Origin: Raillietiella orientalis
Lineage: Eukaryota
Direction: 5' to 3'
DNA length: 64,000 bases
Assembly: GCA_036172245.1 (NCBI GenBank)
Contig: JAYWIR010000017.1
Coordinates: forward strand, 1,798,001-1,862,000
Below the pieces are notes generated by a model. That model was not told where the DNA came from and did no database searches. It was given only the letters and a program-made list of their open reading frames with translations. The translations under genes were made by a program, and so were the position numbers. Below are positions 1 through 15,099 of this stretch, piece by piece. Every line of letters begins with the position of its first letter. The stretch's first letter is position 1.

Positions 1-2419
1 TGGCATTTAAGCGATAGTTGTTTGAAGAACATTTCAGCATCATAGTATTAGGCGGAATTCACCTCTGTGCTGTACATTGAGCAAGACATTGAGCATGCGA
101 AATTGCATAGCGAACGGAAAGCCAACACTGGTAGCCATCCATCCCTTTAGTAGATAATTATGTTCTGTCTCGATCGTCCTCTACTGGGATCCAAAAACAT
201 TGGCCTCACATTTACTGCCGCCTTTCCCATCCCATCCCGGACGAAGACGGTGCCTTATGCTACCAGGCGGCCATGTGTCGCGGTCCGGAACACACCTGCT
301 CCGAACTTCAAAGGCCGAAAATTGGACAGTTTGTTTTAGAAATGTGTTACTCATTATGCTGCTGTGCTGAAACAACGGAAATAGCGAAATTTGCGGACCA
401 CATATCTTTACGCTGCATGCTTCTGACTGATGCGTACGAAAAAGCCTCGAAACTCGATTCCACGTTGGTTCCCAGAAACCTAATGGATGGGAAATCCCAC
501 TTCGAGATTCCCAAGAAAGCAAGGAGATAACAAGGGAATCCCATTTAGAGTGATCATTAACAGTTCCGTTCTTCATTAGAGGTGCAAGCATCAATTTCGA
601 AAATGTTACTGCTGTGTACCTAAACGCGCACCTCTTCGGAGTGGATGGTGGTTCCTGCGACCAGTGCAGCCATTTGAAACCGTTCAGGAAAACAATTTGA
701 CCAACATGCGAAATTATAAGTGATGCAAAATACAAAAAAAAAAAAACTGCTTAGGTAATGGCTTTACATTATTCCAAGAGCTATCGCAGAATGATTTGTT
801 AAATACATCCTTCTGTGATCATAGAATCTAATATATGACAGAATCTAATCTTTGAATAATGTTTATTAAGATAGTAGCCGGAATGCTGAGATGAAACATT
901 TCACGAGGTCGATTTTCAGAACCTATATGCGTAACTAATGGGAGATCGTAAATTGTATTCTTGGGATGTTTAATCGAGGATTGTAGAGAGATGACCTGTT
1001 TTGATCACTTACATGTAGAATACGAATAATGTATTATAATTGTAATAATGTTTATTAATATTCTTGTATTGTAGGTAGAGGTGTAGATGAAGTACACAAA
1101 AGCGGAAGCATATAAAGGACTTTTATGAGAGCTCTATTGATATACCCTAAGCGTTCCGTGTGGATTGGAGATTACTAAGAAAATGAGACCTCACTGAAAT
1201 GAGAGAAATGCTCTTCATCCATGCTGCCAATCATTGAGAGTCAATCTGTTTTCGGGAACAGAAGTCTGAAAGTGGATCAAAGTTATTTTTACATTTTAAT
1301 AGAATTAAACTCGCACTCTGCTATATGCTTCCACATTTTGGGGATTGCACATAGCTGGCGGATAATGGTTCGCAGAACTAATTGAACAGTAATTAATTAT
1401 TGGAATTTTCAAGCACTAAATTTCTCACACGATAGCTTTCGAGTATTAGCCACACGGCTGAATATCACATGCGGCATTTCAAATATACCAACTAAAGTAG
1501 GCGACGTGTGTGTGAAAAATCACCAAACGTTCACAAAGCAGTGCAGTAGTTTCTAAACAACAGATCTCTAAACGTTGACATGTGATGGTATTTGCAATTG
1601 GGAAAAGAGTTTTTTTATTCACAGGAAAAGAACTTGTGACGTTCGAGCTTTAAATTTTCCAATGTCGGCATGTTTCTACGATAATTATTTATTAACTGAT
1701 GATGTTTCCTGCTGTCATTAGAAACTTTTGTTATTCTTGCCTTCAGTTGTTTATTTTATTGATCTAAAATGCAGCATAATAGCCTGACGTTTCTATACGT
1801 GATTGGGCTTTGGATTATTTGTAGGACACAGGTGAACACTGGCAATCTCATGAGCCGCAAATCACTCCAAAGGAGGTGATCCTTTCAGCTTTCCAATCTG
1901 CACTGTTTTGTGTTGCAGATCCCGTAATTAAAAACCGATTCGACAGGCTTCATTCATAACTTGCTGTGTGTGTCAATGATAAGAAAGAAGTTCATTCACG
2001 GGGAACAAGAGGTAATGTTTTTCAAAAATCGTAGTTTTCAGCTGGATCCCCTCTTTCACAAAAAAGGCATGGGAAATGCAACAAGTGGTCTCAGTAACCT
2101 TTGACAAAAGTGATTGTATACTCTCGAAAAAAAACGCTGCAATGCCATGTGGTTTACACGTTCGCAGTTAAAAAGTACGCACCTGTACAGCATTTTGATT
2201 ATCGTATGTGAAACTTGAAGTAATGTACACAGTTGCTATACAAGATGAGATCGCTAAACCTTTTTATAGTTTAAAAGTTTAGCAGTGAAAGTGTTGAAGG
2301 GTTAAAATATTTCTGCATACGCATCAAAGACGAACAAACAGCAGGCTTGTTAATTTGGGGAGTTACTATAGCAGAGGTTTTTTCCTGTTCTTCATTTCTG
2401 TCCTACCTTTTGTTTGTGC

Positions 2420-3260
2420 CCTAGAAAAAAAGGTCTATGTCATGAATTTTTCAACACCCCTTCAATTTGTGACGACTGTTGCGTGGTGTTCCCAAGGAAT
2501 TTGATCCGTTTGTACGGATGTTCCATTCTCTCCAATATTCTCGGAAATCGAAATGGATCATGGAGGAATCTCTTGGAACACCAAGAGTTTCTTTTGCCTC
2601 CAATGTATCAATGATTCTCTTTTTTTTATTCTGCTTTGTAATCATTCTGAATCTCAAAGACGAGGACTCTTTCGGTTTCCTTTTCACTTGGAGACTGATT
2701 TTGATCCCGTTGTTTCTCAAAATTCCCTCGTTCCAGCATTTCGTGTGGCTTGTTCTGTGTCCGTGTGACCGTCTTTTCCCCAGTGCTCCTCTGTAAATCC
2801 CCCTGTAACGCTCCACGGCTCTTGCTTCGCAGCCTCAGTAAAGTTCTGAATTGCTATGTACCAGTAGGACAAGCGTGGAAACCACATCGCGCGCGCTCTT
2901 GCCGCTTGCTATGCGTTTACGCGCATCACGTGGCTTTGGCATTCCTGCTGCTATGACGAACAGTACGTGGGATTCTGTGAACAGGCCATTCCAGGGCTTG
3001 GAAGTCTTCGTGGACGAAATGCTACGGCACGCGGGTGGAGTTCTTTTGCGCTGCAAAAGGCACCAGTTTCCTGCACTTGAACATAGGCCTTTTCACTATA
3101 CAGCACGTTCTTCTTGTTCGATGAACATAAAAATGACTCTTTGAGACGTTCTACTGATGGCAGCTGCCATTTGTGAAACATCTCAGCAATTTCTTCCTTA
3201 TGATGGTTTCCGTCGATAGGAAGGCCTCGCCGTTGCCTTTCCGTTAGCATCAACAAACAG
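2420..3260 (-). mobile_element. Decayed hAT (Ac/ZBED-type) transposase
   Basis: In order on the minus strand: GNHHKEEIAEMFHKWQL (HT..IA...W.L), FCSAKEL (C.AH.L-like), TSKPWNGLF (TRWNS-like), EYW...FLG.T.QSSQIEGVL (dimerisation-domain-like). Confidence 0.5.
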
Positions 3261-4099
3261 CTACAGCATTAATGAGGGCGAACGAGTATAATGTACAGAT
3301 GAGTATAAGGATTCTTGGAATTTCATCCTCATTCCACTAGATTGGGAGCGCCCGTTCCGAGAATCAGTTCGGCAGTTCGGAAGGGTTTATAGAATTCATC
3401 TGTAGATTCATGTTGGCAGTGTTCACTGTAGGGGGTGGGGTGGGTGGAACTGTTCCTGCACAAGATAAAGACAAGAGATGTCTTGAATTATATATCAAAG
3501 GAGTATGGATGCTCGGAATCCTCACGAAAGATAATTTCTCAGTCCAACTTGAAAGAAAAAAAAAAAAAAGAAACGCGTTTCCTAAAGATCTAGTGATTGC
3601 CCACGATTACTTGCACGGGCAGTCATGCCTGGCTCTACTAAGCGATCCTTCTAAACGGGAAGCACGCGCAATATGGGCGAATTACACCCACTGCACTTCG
3701 ATCACAGGCGATTTCGCATACAGGTGACTTTGCACACAAGGAATTCCACTCAAAAGAGCATTCTAAAAAGAGCGTGGTTGGCATCAAACGTTTTTGCTAA
3801 TTGCACTTAACAGTACAGCCTCTTAACAAGCAATGGAGGTGAAGCGATGTGATGTGGTCAAATGATGGGGTGGCAGGATGGAGAAATGAAAAGACAGATC
3901 ATCAGCACGTCCAGAGAGAATTCTCACTGCGCTGAAAAAGATCGGGAAGTCAGCCCAGGACCAGGCAGGAGCATTTTGAAAGGAACAAAAGAGACTCTCA
4001 AGCAGATGATAGAGAAGGTTCAACGTTTCTGCAAAGTCTTGACTTTGGCGCGAAAATGCTCTTGGGTGGTTCCAAGCTCTTAAGGGGGCAAAGATCTCA

Positions 4100-5350
4100 A
4101 GAGCCTTTGGCGCTCACGAAGACTCAGAGTTACAGGGGAGTCTCGTGCAGTGAGAAAGAGAGAATTAGCCTAGGACACTGACCACTCGAACTGTAATAGG
4201 TACATTGCTCCTTAGGATACCTTTGCGAAAAAGTGTGCAAAATAGAGCTCCTGTTTTCGGCTAATCTAGAAGCTCTTCGTTGCTTGTGGAGAGTAGCTTT
4301 TTTGGACTAGCCATGGCAACGGAAGCTAAGGACAGAAGTCAAGTTTGAAAAATCTTACGCACTGACAGAGATAGAAAATGGAAAGTCTTGAAAAATTCAG
4401 CCCTTCGATGCCCCGAGAACTCTCTCCATAACGTTCCCGCCCTTCCGCTGTCTGCAGAGCACGCCTTTGCAGAAAGCTAAAAGGATCAGTTGGGTGCTGA
4501 AGAAGCGAGGAGAGTCTAAGAAAGTTCGGTCTTGATAATGGAGATGCTGCAGTTTTCCTGGAGATATGGATTTCATCTGGAAAGCCACGAGAATATTCGG
4601 ATAGTCTACCGAAGCATTAAGAGGGGCTCTCAGACAGGTCCTGTGAGCAAAATAAGAGGATGTTTTCTCTAGATGACCTCAGGGAATGGGTTTGCCACAT
4701 GCTACGACTAGAAGATGACAATCGTCGTTCTCTTCGAAATCTTACTAGGAGCAGGGAACGAAATCGGCAAGGAGACGGTGATTGCTAAATTAGAGGATGG
4801 AACGAAGCTACTTCCAGGGATTCAAGAGGCAGGGAGATCAGGAACTATGATGCAGTGGTAGAAAGAAGGTAAAAGCAGCATTTTGGACTAAATTGTTGCT
4901 GGGATTTTATGATGAGTGATCTCTTCAGCGCGGATCACTCTGCCGAAAAGGAGTAAGGAACCTACAGGAAGGAGAAGACAAATGGAAAACCAACGAAATG
5001 ATTTTCTGCATGTCTTTGGATCCAGTGCGCTTCTGCAAACGCAGATTCTCAAGTTCGAAAATCATAAGAGTGTTGACTATTCAGTTGGTTAGACGGGCAT
5101 TTCATCAAGAGTGTTTGGCAGGTCAGAGGCATTAAGAAAAGGACCGATTTGGCTCGCATTCTTCCTCTCGCGCAAATGAGGCAAAGGAAATGGCCATGCA
5201 CCACAAAATCGTCCAGCAGAGCTGAATCAATTCTCTATGTCCTCAATTGATGATTTTTGCTTGGAGACTCGGCACAAGGTCTTAAGACACAGTCGAGAAA
5301 GCTCGCACAGTAGCTGAAAGGAGATTGTCTTCCTCCAGTCCTGGCTTCAT
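4100..5350 (+). mobile_element. Decayed LINE fragment (APE/RT remnants)
   Basis: GDMDF (GDFN-like, about 4560) and VRGIKKRTDLARIL (RG.RQG.PLSP-like, about 5125) occur in the expected order; heavily eroded. Confidence 0.4.
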
Positions 5351-5399
5351 CATTTGGAGGCCAAAAATCTAGAGAGACCGCCTCTCAAAATGAGTGTTA

Positions 5400-6900
5400 T
5401 CTATCTATTCGTTGTTCTCATCTCTACTTGCTTTGGTTCCGTCCATCTTCATTTCTTATGTAGAAATGTCTATCACTTTCTTCGTTGGTTTCTCTCCAGG
5501 CTCATTTGATGTCTCAAACTGGACTGTGGCCACAGTGTCAAGAGTGGGCAACCTCTCTGACGCCCATGTAGCGACTGGGTGTGAGTTTACAGCTCTTCAT
5601 GAAGAAGATGAGATTCTTCTGCCTCTCTGTTTCCGTTGTGGTTCTGGATTCTGAACCGCAATTTGTCCTGATGAAGGTGCACCAATGATTTTCACCTCTT
5701 CCTCTCCATGACTTCAAGCGTTTCTTAGGATGAAAGAATCGGATCTTCGTAAGCCAAGGAGAACGATTCAACAGCTCTAGCCTGCTGCAGAGCCTCAAGC
5801 GCACAAAACCTAGCTGAAGGAAGGGTATACATCTTTTTTGCGCACCCAAAGTATCACGACTGCAGCTCTGCTGGTGCTAATGAGCGCTTCACGGTGTAAG
5901 ACGACAGAAGATCGATCGATTGACGAGAGCGAGGTGCATGTCTATTTCAGAGCTTTCGCTTCTCATTGATGGGAGTGTTGGCAACATTCAGTATGGCATC
6001 CTTTGGTTCTTCTACGTCTGCAATCTTGCAATCTGTTTTTTACTCCCTGTCAGAACTCAAATCCAAAAAATGATCTTTCTAGAAGACATGAAAACCATCA
6101 GCAAGCTGTAACAAAGAGGAAGTCGCATGATCGATGGATTTTTAAAACATGAATGCAAATGCATGCGAACCTCGATAGCAGAGTTTATAGATGATGCTCC
6201 TTCGGTTGTTAGCGTAAACATGTCTGATGAGCTTTTTTTTATATTTTAGTCAAAAAGACTAAAATCCGAAGTCAAAAAGAAAAAGCGAAAAACGATCAGC
6301 TGATCAGATGAGCTTTTCTGTGATGATGAAAATATTTCGTGTCAGTCAGTGATAAAAACTCATCAGATGGGATAATTCGTGAACTCACCTGGATCCCTGA
6401 ACGACCACTTCACAACCTCTTCAATTAGAAGATGTCGAAGAATCCCTGAATCAGTTCAGGCAGTTCCACGACGTTCTTCGTCAAACTTGTTGGAGGTCAT
6501 CTCTCCTGAACGATTTGGCCGCGCGTGAGTATTTCCTTGTCCTCACTTGTGGGCGAGGAAGAACGAGAGCGAAATCGGTTCTTTTCTCAATCCCTCTGGC
6601 CTGCCAAGCACAAGCTGTTTTGGCAGAATCAGTTTCAGTTGAACTCCATGGGGGCGAGACGATGATTCATTTCTGGTTGGACATCTCATCATTCTCTGTT
6701 TGGCTCCATAGTGCAACTCCCTCCAAACTCCGAAGGGGCTGCCTGGTTGTGCGCACTTTCAAATTAGTGCACCGAGCCCGTCATGTGCGGGTCCATCTTC
6801 CTTCCCTTCCGCGAAGATGCTTCGAAATTCCACTGTCGAATGGATCTTTAGAAAATCAGCCTTCATAAGTCTTGGCCATCTTCCAAGCTGGAAGTGTGCA
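5400..6900 (-). mobile_element. Decayed non-LTR RT fragment
   Basis: Minus strand has an eroded D..KAFDSV-like segment (DF..PFDSG across a frameshift, about 6845) followed by a QG.P-like segment (about 6740). Confidence 0.35.
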
Positions 6901-6949
6901 TCTTATTTTTACTTTCCGAAAGTGATGAGGAAACGTGGCGCCTAGGTTC

Positions 6950-8350
6950 AGCTAGGCAGTAATCAAGCGCGAAAATCCTACTAGGGAACGAGCCAATTAT
7001 TAGTGTTGGGTGTTCACAGCTTTTGGTACAAAGAATCCATGATGTCTTGCACCGCGTTCAATGGAAGAAAGTACTTGCAGCCAAGTTGGCAGTCTGCAGG
7101 ATTGTTTTATTTGTAGCGAAAAATCACAAGGTCAGTTGCTTTGTACTGGAGGCAATCAGCACATGGCACCTTCCAAAATTTATCTTCTACGGAAATCATG
7201 CTCAACCTCCCAGTACGCAGCTCCAGAGGTGAATGAAAACCAGACTCACGCAAGTCTAATCTTCAAATAAGGATCTCAAACAGTTAAAGCAAGAGGATGT
7301 GTGGAAGGGGGGGGGAGGGATGCAGGCGGCGAGTAAATAAAAGATGCAAAGCAAGCATCATGCATTGCTGCTCGTGCACGTTTGTTGCGATGCCCACGTT
7401 TCAATTTGGATTTCTCATTACTTCATCATCATTTACTTCAGCTTCCTCCGATGGAACCAACCCAATCAACTTCTCGGTTTGCTTTTCACATCGGTTGGAT
7501 TGTTTTCATGAGACGGCGTTTCCGCGAAGTGGAATCATTTAGCATTATCCATCGTTTATCTAAAGATCTTGTACCAAAAGATGACGTGATAGCAAATGAA
7601 TTTGAAAGAGAAAACGAAAAAGTTCAGCTGCAAGTCTGAACTGGGAAGAAACCGAAACCTGGTTTATCTTCCATTCGAGCAGATAAACAAAGGAGCAGTT
7701 CTGTGGGAATTTAGTCCTGGAGAGCCTCACAGAGTAACCTAGCTGGGGTGCAATGATCGGAGCTGAATCCACTCATCAGATTCCAGATTGGGGGCACGAG
7801 AATGCGGAGTTCGAGTATTCCAAAAACGGTTTGCGACCACCGAGGAGGTAATGACAAACTTAGAAGGAAGGAAGGTAAGAAAAGCTATGCGCAACTAGGT
7901 GGGGAGTTCCACAGCGTCTCTTTGCAGGGGAAATGCACGAAGAATCTGAGATGCCTCAATGGACATCTCCATTTCGACTGTTTACTCACAGTGGGAAGGA
8001 AGACAGATACGGGAAGAAACTCTGAAGAGAGCAGAATGCTGTTCCCATTCTCTTTTATCAGAGTTTGGATTACAGAAACGAAACAAAACGATTCATGAAA
8101 ATATTTTCCTGTGGAGAAAATGGCATTGAGTTCCTGCATTCCAGGCTGACTGATTTAGAAACCTGTAAAGGAAGCACACTAAGGAACAGAATCATTCTAA
8201 GGTGAATGCACCGTATCATTAAACAAAACGCACCGAACAGCAAAGAGTACACGCATCGGAAATCGAGTCTTGAATCTGAAAGTAAGCACTGTTGCTAAGA
8301 GAAGTATCTTTGGTAGTTCCCTTGACAAAAGAATCAAAATCTAAGAACGG
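6950..8350 (+). mobile_element. Decayed LINE fragment with zinc-knuckle remnant
   Basis: CTKNLRCLNGHLHFDC at about 7935-7980 (HL.F.C motif), plus weak upstream RT-like segments. Confidence 0.35.
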
Positions 8351-11300
8351 AAACGAAGACTAAGGAACGCGAATGCGGTATGTTTCAAAGAGCTTTTTCC
8401 AGAAAGCGCTTTCATCAACACGATAGCCACATCTGGCTTGCCTTTTCGCAAAACACAAAGTGGAGAACAGCGCGGGAATCAGGAAAAGAGAAAAGGAGGC
8501 AAAACAGGAAATGGATCAAACTGATATATCTCGTAAACATAAATCGGAAACGTAAAGCATTCGCAATCATGTATCAATTCATGATGTCATCATCTGTTTT
8601 CCATAAAACGCTTTTTTGTTTGCTTGCGATATACCGAAGCAGATACTTTGTCATATGTAAATGCACAGATGAACTGAACGCGAAAGTCTCTCTGAATGCA
8701 AGACACATGTAGCAGACTACATAAATCTGATGCAGATACACATAAGTGCGCGCGGGAGTACGTATAAGGTGTGGCTTCGTTGATTCACTTCGTTTCTAGT
8801 TCTGAAGACTGTTAGATTCAGTTTCTATTTCTACACAGATAAAGAAAACAGCCTCCCGCTGCTGTGTTCTTAAAGTTGGCTCGTTATGAATTCAGGGGAC
8901 ATTAATTCCTTCATCGAGCAAAGAAGTGTTCAAATAATCGTTGATGAATATTAAGAAATGTACCAAAGCAGTCTATTTTTTCTTTGACTGAGAAACCTAT
9001 CGTGAGAATTGCGTAAGTAACGTAAAATGTACAAGAAATACCTTCAATAGTAATTCCCTTTTGCTAAATTGAGTTCGTACATGTCCGGTCTCCTTTGATA
9101 TGCACACCTATTTTTGAAGTCGATCTATTTTTCATTCGCGTACTCAATTCATCATAATTGAAAAATCGAGTTTTTCTTTGGATTATTTAGCAATGGCGCT
9201 TTCCATGGTTTACGTATAATTTGAGTCGAGAATGTTCGACGTGCAAGCATTCCTGTGAAGCAAATTTATTTTATTCGGTCACAGAGCAAGAACATGTCAC
9301 ATCTTGTGTGGATTTCAGGCAGTAAATCATAGCCATTTATGCTTCCTGTCATTATAGTGACGAATATTTTTCTCTTGTTTAATTGGGATGCTCGCAAACG
9401 ACTCCAGAGTTTTCCCGAACTTGCGATTCGGTTAAATGTTCCCCTTAACTAGGTAAATCCATCTGGAGCCATGCTGTCTGCCAGATCTGGAAACATCTTG
9501 GGAATGACATATGCATCCTACAGCTTAAATCTCTCTTCTACATTTCCAGAATTTCTCGCAGATATTTTCAGTACACTTTTAAATGAGGTCTGTAGTTTAC
9601 GCAAAGAAAATGAGGGCATCCTTCCCTCTCATTAAGGGTTCTCCCAAACATAGTGAAGTTACCGCAGTGATACAGAAGTAAGCAAGATTGATGCATCCTA
9701 GGAATGGTCTACGGTCTTGGTAAAATAACTGAAGGGTAAAAATGAAGCGGAAAGTCGTGAATCAATTTGATCAAAATTGCTTCTTCTGTTCGAAGGAAAG
9801 ATGCTTTATGTTTGTCCGAAATCCATCAATCCAACGTCTGTAACCAGGCACGAAGCTGCGTTCTCTACTTCAGCCTCATTAATTTTGATTGGAGTATCGG
9901 TGGAAGGAATCTTCCGAAATGTACGTGGCATTTCGAGAGAAGCATTATTTCAATCATTTCGACTTTTCAGCAACTGTCCGATGATTTTTAAAAGGATTAT
10001 TTGCTTCCATTCGCGATCTCGATGGTTTCGATGGCAATATGATCAAGGGGCGCCCAAGTTTTTGGCAAAATTTGTTTTCGGATGGACAGAACAGAATTTT
10101 TTTTTCTGTTTGACAATTTTCAAAACTAACAGGTTCTTTTATTACGGAAAAAGGGAAAGCTCCAAAAAAATGACTGCCATCTTGGAAAAGTCAAAAATTT
10201 TCAGATCTCTTATTCTCAAGATCAATTACAACAGGGGACCAGTTGAAGAAAGAAGGACGTCTTTACTTTATCCTGTTGAATCTCAGAGATGTGACTTCTT
10301 GATCTTCCCTAACAGCTGAAAACACTTTCTCTAGAATAAAAGTCCTATGATTCGTGCTCACCCTTCATTGCTTTTTCATATATGAGCGTGGTGTTATGCT
10401 CTTTGCAGCACTTGGAAATCAAGATATCCAAATGTCTGCGGTCACCTACAAAAGAAGAAACTTCCCACGCTGTTTCAATATTTCCGCATCTTGAATGCCA
10501 TTTCTAAATACCTTCCTGAAAGTACGTTAGGCTCTAGAAAATTCTGTCTACTTCAAAATTGCTTTCTTTTATTAAATCCCATCTAAAAAATGATAAACAA
10601 AAATGCTGAATGCTACTTTCAAAAAACTCAGTCCTTAAAGCAATTTTTAAAGAGAGCCGAGGAGAAATATCAAAGAAAAGATTCGAAAGCGCGCGTTCGC
10701 AGTCTTTAACGTCCGAATTTCTTGGAAACCATGATTCTCACGTTTTTCTCAACCTCAGAACAAAGTCAAGACTCTTCTGCTTGATGACTTGATTCTGCTC
10801 TTTCGCTTTCTAGATTTGCAATTATGGAAGAACCTAAATAGCATGCACACTTTTTAAATAGCCGTATCAACTGTGAAGGTACACTAAATACGTAAATTAA
10901 ATATGCACACATAAGTGCTATTTCACACCGGGTATCTCAGTACACACATGTTCAGGTTGTACTTGATCCTACTCAGACGCATTTACTCAAAGTCCTCAAT
11001 TGGCGCTCCATAATCCAAAGTTTAATTTGGAAATGGGTGTAAATCTGAGCTGGCAGTCAGTTGCCTAATTTCCGGAAAACCATACTATAAATTCGAAAGC
11101 AAAGTTCGATAAACTCCCATAAAAAAAGCTAATCTTCGGCAAATGACTTGTAGAGTTTAAAGAGCAAAATTCTAGCAATGAGTGCAGTGACTATTGGTGC
11201 AAAAATTTGTTGACACTTGAATTTGCGTTAATTGAAGGCAGGCATTGACTAGGAGCCATGTCACTGTTGCATGCATGCTTGCCAAAGTAAACACCAAAGC

Positions 11301-12149
11301 TTACTTTTCACCTTTCAGGCTATGGTTTTTCTCATTTAAGAAAATTCGGAATGTTTTCTGCTTCATTTATTAACGTTTGAACGGATTTAGCATTTCACCG
11401 TGCCACAAAGTAAGGGCTGAGTGCGTACTCTCTAATGAAAATGCCTTGAAAACGATCACTGAAGAATCATGTCCAATAGCACCGAGAGACGTTGGAACAG
11501 GCTCTCCCAAAAATATTATCAAAAGAAGAAATTCATTTGAATAGACATGGGAATCCAAACGGAAAACTAGCATGGAAGAAAATAGAATAATGAAAGGAAC
11601 AAAATTCTTCGTTGCTTATCATAGACAACTAGGAATCCCAATTTGTGTGCTTTCCCCTTTTCTGATTACACTTAGAATTCACAAGTCTATACAAAAACAA
11701 AATAGGATGTACATTTTAAGAAAAGAGACCGTTTTTAATGCTCGTCAATAAGTGCTTATGATATCCTGAATGTTACACCAGTGTTCCCTAGTGAGAAGGG
11801 AAGTTGAACATTTTGCGAGATTCCTTTCCAGATGCAAGTCGCGAATATGGCACACACTGACCTGTGATAAGCATCTGACAATCTGTTTCCTTTTTAAACC
11901 ATTCCTCCTGAAATCCACTGGCTTTCTTGATGGCACAAGACTACAGGTAATGAAATCAAGAGTGCTTTGACGATCAGGAAGATGTGGAAACTGTCTGCTG
12001 GGAAATTTAATCGTTCTACAAATTTAGCGTCCACTTTTCCATCCCCATTTTCGTTTCATACTTGGACTTTCAGTTTACACGCTTGCTATCATCAAATCAT
12101 AATAAAAGTATACTATTAGTCTTTAACTCTGAGTGAGGGATTGGAGCTA

Positions 12150-12900
12150 CCCGGAAGATGGGTTTGTATCTGGAAGAGGTTAAAGTTCGAAACGCATGCG
12201 CTTAAAGACTTTAGGCAGCTTTCTTCTTTGGTTGATGATAGCTAACGAAGACACAATTGGATTGATGATAGCAGTTGATTGCAATTGATGATAGCAACGA
12301 GAACACAGTTGAGTTCGTTAAAGAAGTACTTGTAACAGAATAGCTGGAAGCCACGGGAAACTAAAAGGATATACAGCGTGAGATATGAAATCATATGGAT
12401 GAGATGGGAACAAACAAGCAAGAGCCTTAAAGATGAGTGTCCGAATTAAATTAGGTTTTGAGGATCATTTTTTTAAAAACATAACTGGTGAGCCAACAAA
12501 TAATTGGTGAACTTTCATGAAAGAAGAGAAAATAGAAAGCTATCCTCGAGAGAAACCTTCGTTTGACCTTGGCACTATCAACAAATTATTAGCAAAATGT
12601 GATGCTGCTTGCAGCAACTCGAAAATCAGCTGACTTCCAATGACAACCCAGAACATGATCATGGAATTCTCAGAGATGGCATAAAGAGAAAAAGGACGAC
12701 GATTTCCTGCTCTCGATCCGAAAGGTCTCCAAAAGAAAAAAAAAATGTTCATACATGATGTAACTCTGGCTTTAGCATCGCAATGCAAGGAAACTTGCAT
12801 TTGTGGCAGAAGATCGTCGATAAAGTTCAATTTAATTAAATGAATTCAACGAAAGAAGAAGCCAGGCTTAAAGGATACAAAAAATGAACTACCAAAAACT
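12150..12900 (+). mobile_element. Decayed RLE-type non-LTR 3' fragment
   Basis: Cys cluster at about 12600, then an IHDVT segment (about 12750) resembling the RLE D-V-T motif; weak. Confidence 0.3.
12231..12311 (+). repeat. Short imperfect tandem repeat
   Basis: Three copies of ttgatgatagc, two of them followed by aacga(a)ga(a)caca. Confidence 0.7.
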
Positions 12901-15099
12901 CAAAGACGCTTTTCTAAATGCTTTTTAAACGGTCTGCTTTGTGAATAAAAATCAAGAGGATCAATATCCAATTATCCCTAATTTAATAGGCCATCAAATG
13001 TTCACTAATAGAGACTAACACTTACAACAGAGCAGGCAAGTCAAATTTATATTTGTCAAGTAAAGTGGGAATGAGATGACCGACACTAAGGATAAAAGTG
13101 AAAAAAAAAAAAAAAAAAACTCTTACAAAAATCCAAAATACATGCTTCTTCTAAAGTTGCGAAATAAAAGAAAATAGAAATACAGAGTAAAAGATATTTC
13201 TGGTAAAATATTATCCAACATCTGAAGGGATGCGCTAGCCAGATGAGAAAGACTAATCCCCACAATGGCACACTCGAGTCTGCATGGACGGAACAGTCAG
13301 CATCTGTATGGGATGCTAATGATGCATATGGCTTGCGACCCCGACTGTAACGAACACAGAATAACAAGCACAACACATTATTAATGCACCCTAGCAATTT
13401 CATCAACAGCTGAGATCAAGAACTGATCTTCTTTGAATTGGATTTAAGAATGCTACAGCAAGAAATTCAGGTACATCAGAGTATCCGGAACGCAGGAAGA
13501 AAATCGCCATACCTTATGCTCGTAAGTGGTGCAACGAGAGCTTTCATCCTTATTTTAAATACAGAAGTTTCAGGCAAAGTGCCCCATCATATATTCAATT
13601 TAGGCGAGCCTGTTGAACACTTAACCACGAAATGTAACCGAGGAACTGAAGTTCTCCCTGAATCTCTGTAGAAATGCTTGAGCTTAAGAAATTTAAGTTT
13701 TGAATTTTGATCCCTAAAAGTAAATCGACTCAGAAACAAGAAAATGAAAACAGAAGATTTTTTTTTTTAAAAAAGGGTACAAATTCAAGCCTGTTGAACT
13801 TGTCTGATCCTGGCATCATTTTGTTCACAAAACGGTGTGAGGATTTATTCCGTGTCAGTTACTTTAGACGACCTGCTTCGAGTAACTCGATGTCTAGCAG
13901 GATAAAAGAATAGAATTTTTTATCAATTCCCTTAAGTAAATATGCAGCGTATGACAAAAAAAAATGTATAAAATGCACTGAAATTTCATATTTCAGGAAA
14001 GGCAGCTGACTTAGAAATGAAAACGAGCTTACAATAAAAAAGGCTGCAATTGCTGGTGAGGAAAAAAACAACAGGTATGAAAGATTGAGATCAAATCATG
14101 AATGCCTCATTGAGCAAACTTTTCATATAAGTTTTCAAAAACCTTGCTTTTTCAGCTCACGTTATCTCGGAAATCATTCTCCTTTTTTATTTTTATTTTT
14201 TTCGAGCTGAAAAAAAAATTCAGACTTTACTAAGCTATTTTACATTGATAATGCATCAGGTCATTTCATTTTGATCCTTTCAATTCGTCTGTCACGTGTT
14301 TTCCTGAAAGAAACATCTTTGAAGATTTTCCATCATTTCTTTTCCCCCTTCCATTAAAGTTGTGATGCTTTGGGCCTATTTTTCAAAAGTATGCAACATC
14401 AGTTCTTAATTTATATTGCTTGATTTTAATCTTTTCTTTAGATTTCCTAACCTAGTTACCCGAAGATTGTCTTCTGCTGACCACTGCCGCGTTTCGTATG
14501 CGCTCGCTTTCTCTTCGCATTAGTCACTCCATGGAAGCCAAACTCATTTTACATTTTGAGGTAATGGGGATTTCTTCTCTCTATAATTGCTTCTGTCCCT
14601 TTTGTACATAGCAATCTGCGTTCCACTGATTTCATCACACAATGTTTAATTTTGCTAATCGTTTATTGAGGATTTCCGAGAAGCTATATATCTTCCGAGA
14701 TTGCACTAAACTCTCCAAAAGCGTCCTTCATGAGAAATTTCAATGTGTATTATAACTTGGATTTTAAGAATAAGGCTTCTTGACTGTCATTACAAGAAAG
14801 CTGCTGACATATCCTCCGGGATTGCCGCTTTTTCACTAAATCTGAAAAAGCTATTCATTTATCATTGTCCACGAAATTGGCAAAAGCATACGACCTGCAT
14901 TGCTATAAATCTATCGCTCCAAAATTGAGACTCTCCCGGATTTTTCTTAACTTTCTTAACCCCCAGATCATCGAGATATAACTCATCGAAAAAGATTAGT
15001 AATCAAAAAAACAATGTGTTATATATGAATGCAGGGAATGTGAGTGGAGGATGCAAATCAAAAAACCAACCGTGCTATTTGGAACGTCGACACGAACAC

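Noticed and set aside
156..530. Open frame of about 125 codons on + after a possible acceptor (terminal exon of an upstream gene?)
   Set aside because: No recognisable domain, weak acceptor, and the opposite strand has faint hAT-like motifs.
9400..10800. Further faint RT- or transposase-like traces here and at about 17.5-19.4, 42.4-43, 44.6-45.1 and 47.4-50.2 kb
   Set aside because: Probably TE-derived, but only isolated eroded motifs; family and boundaries cannot be supported.
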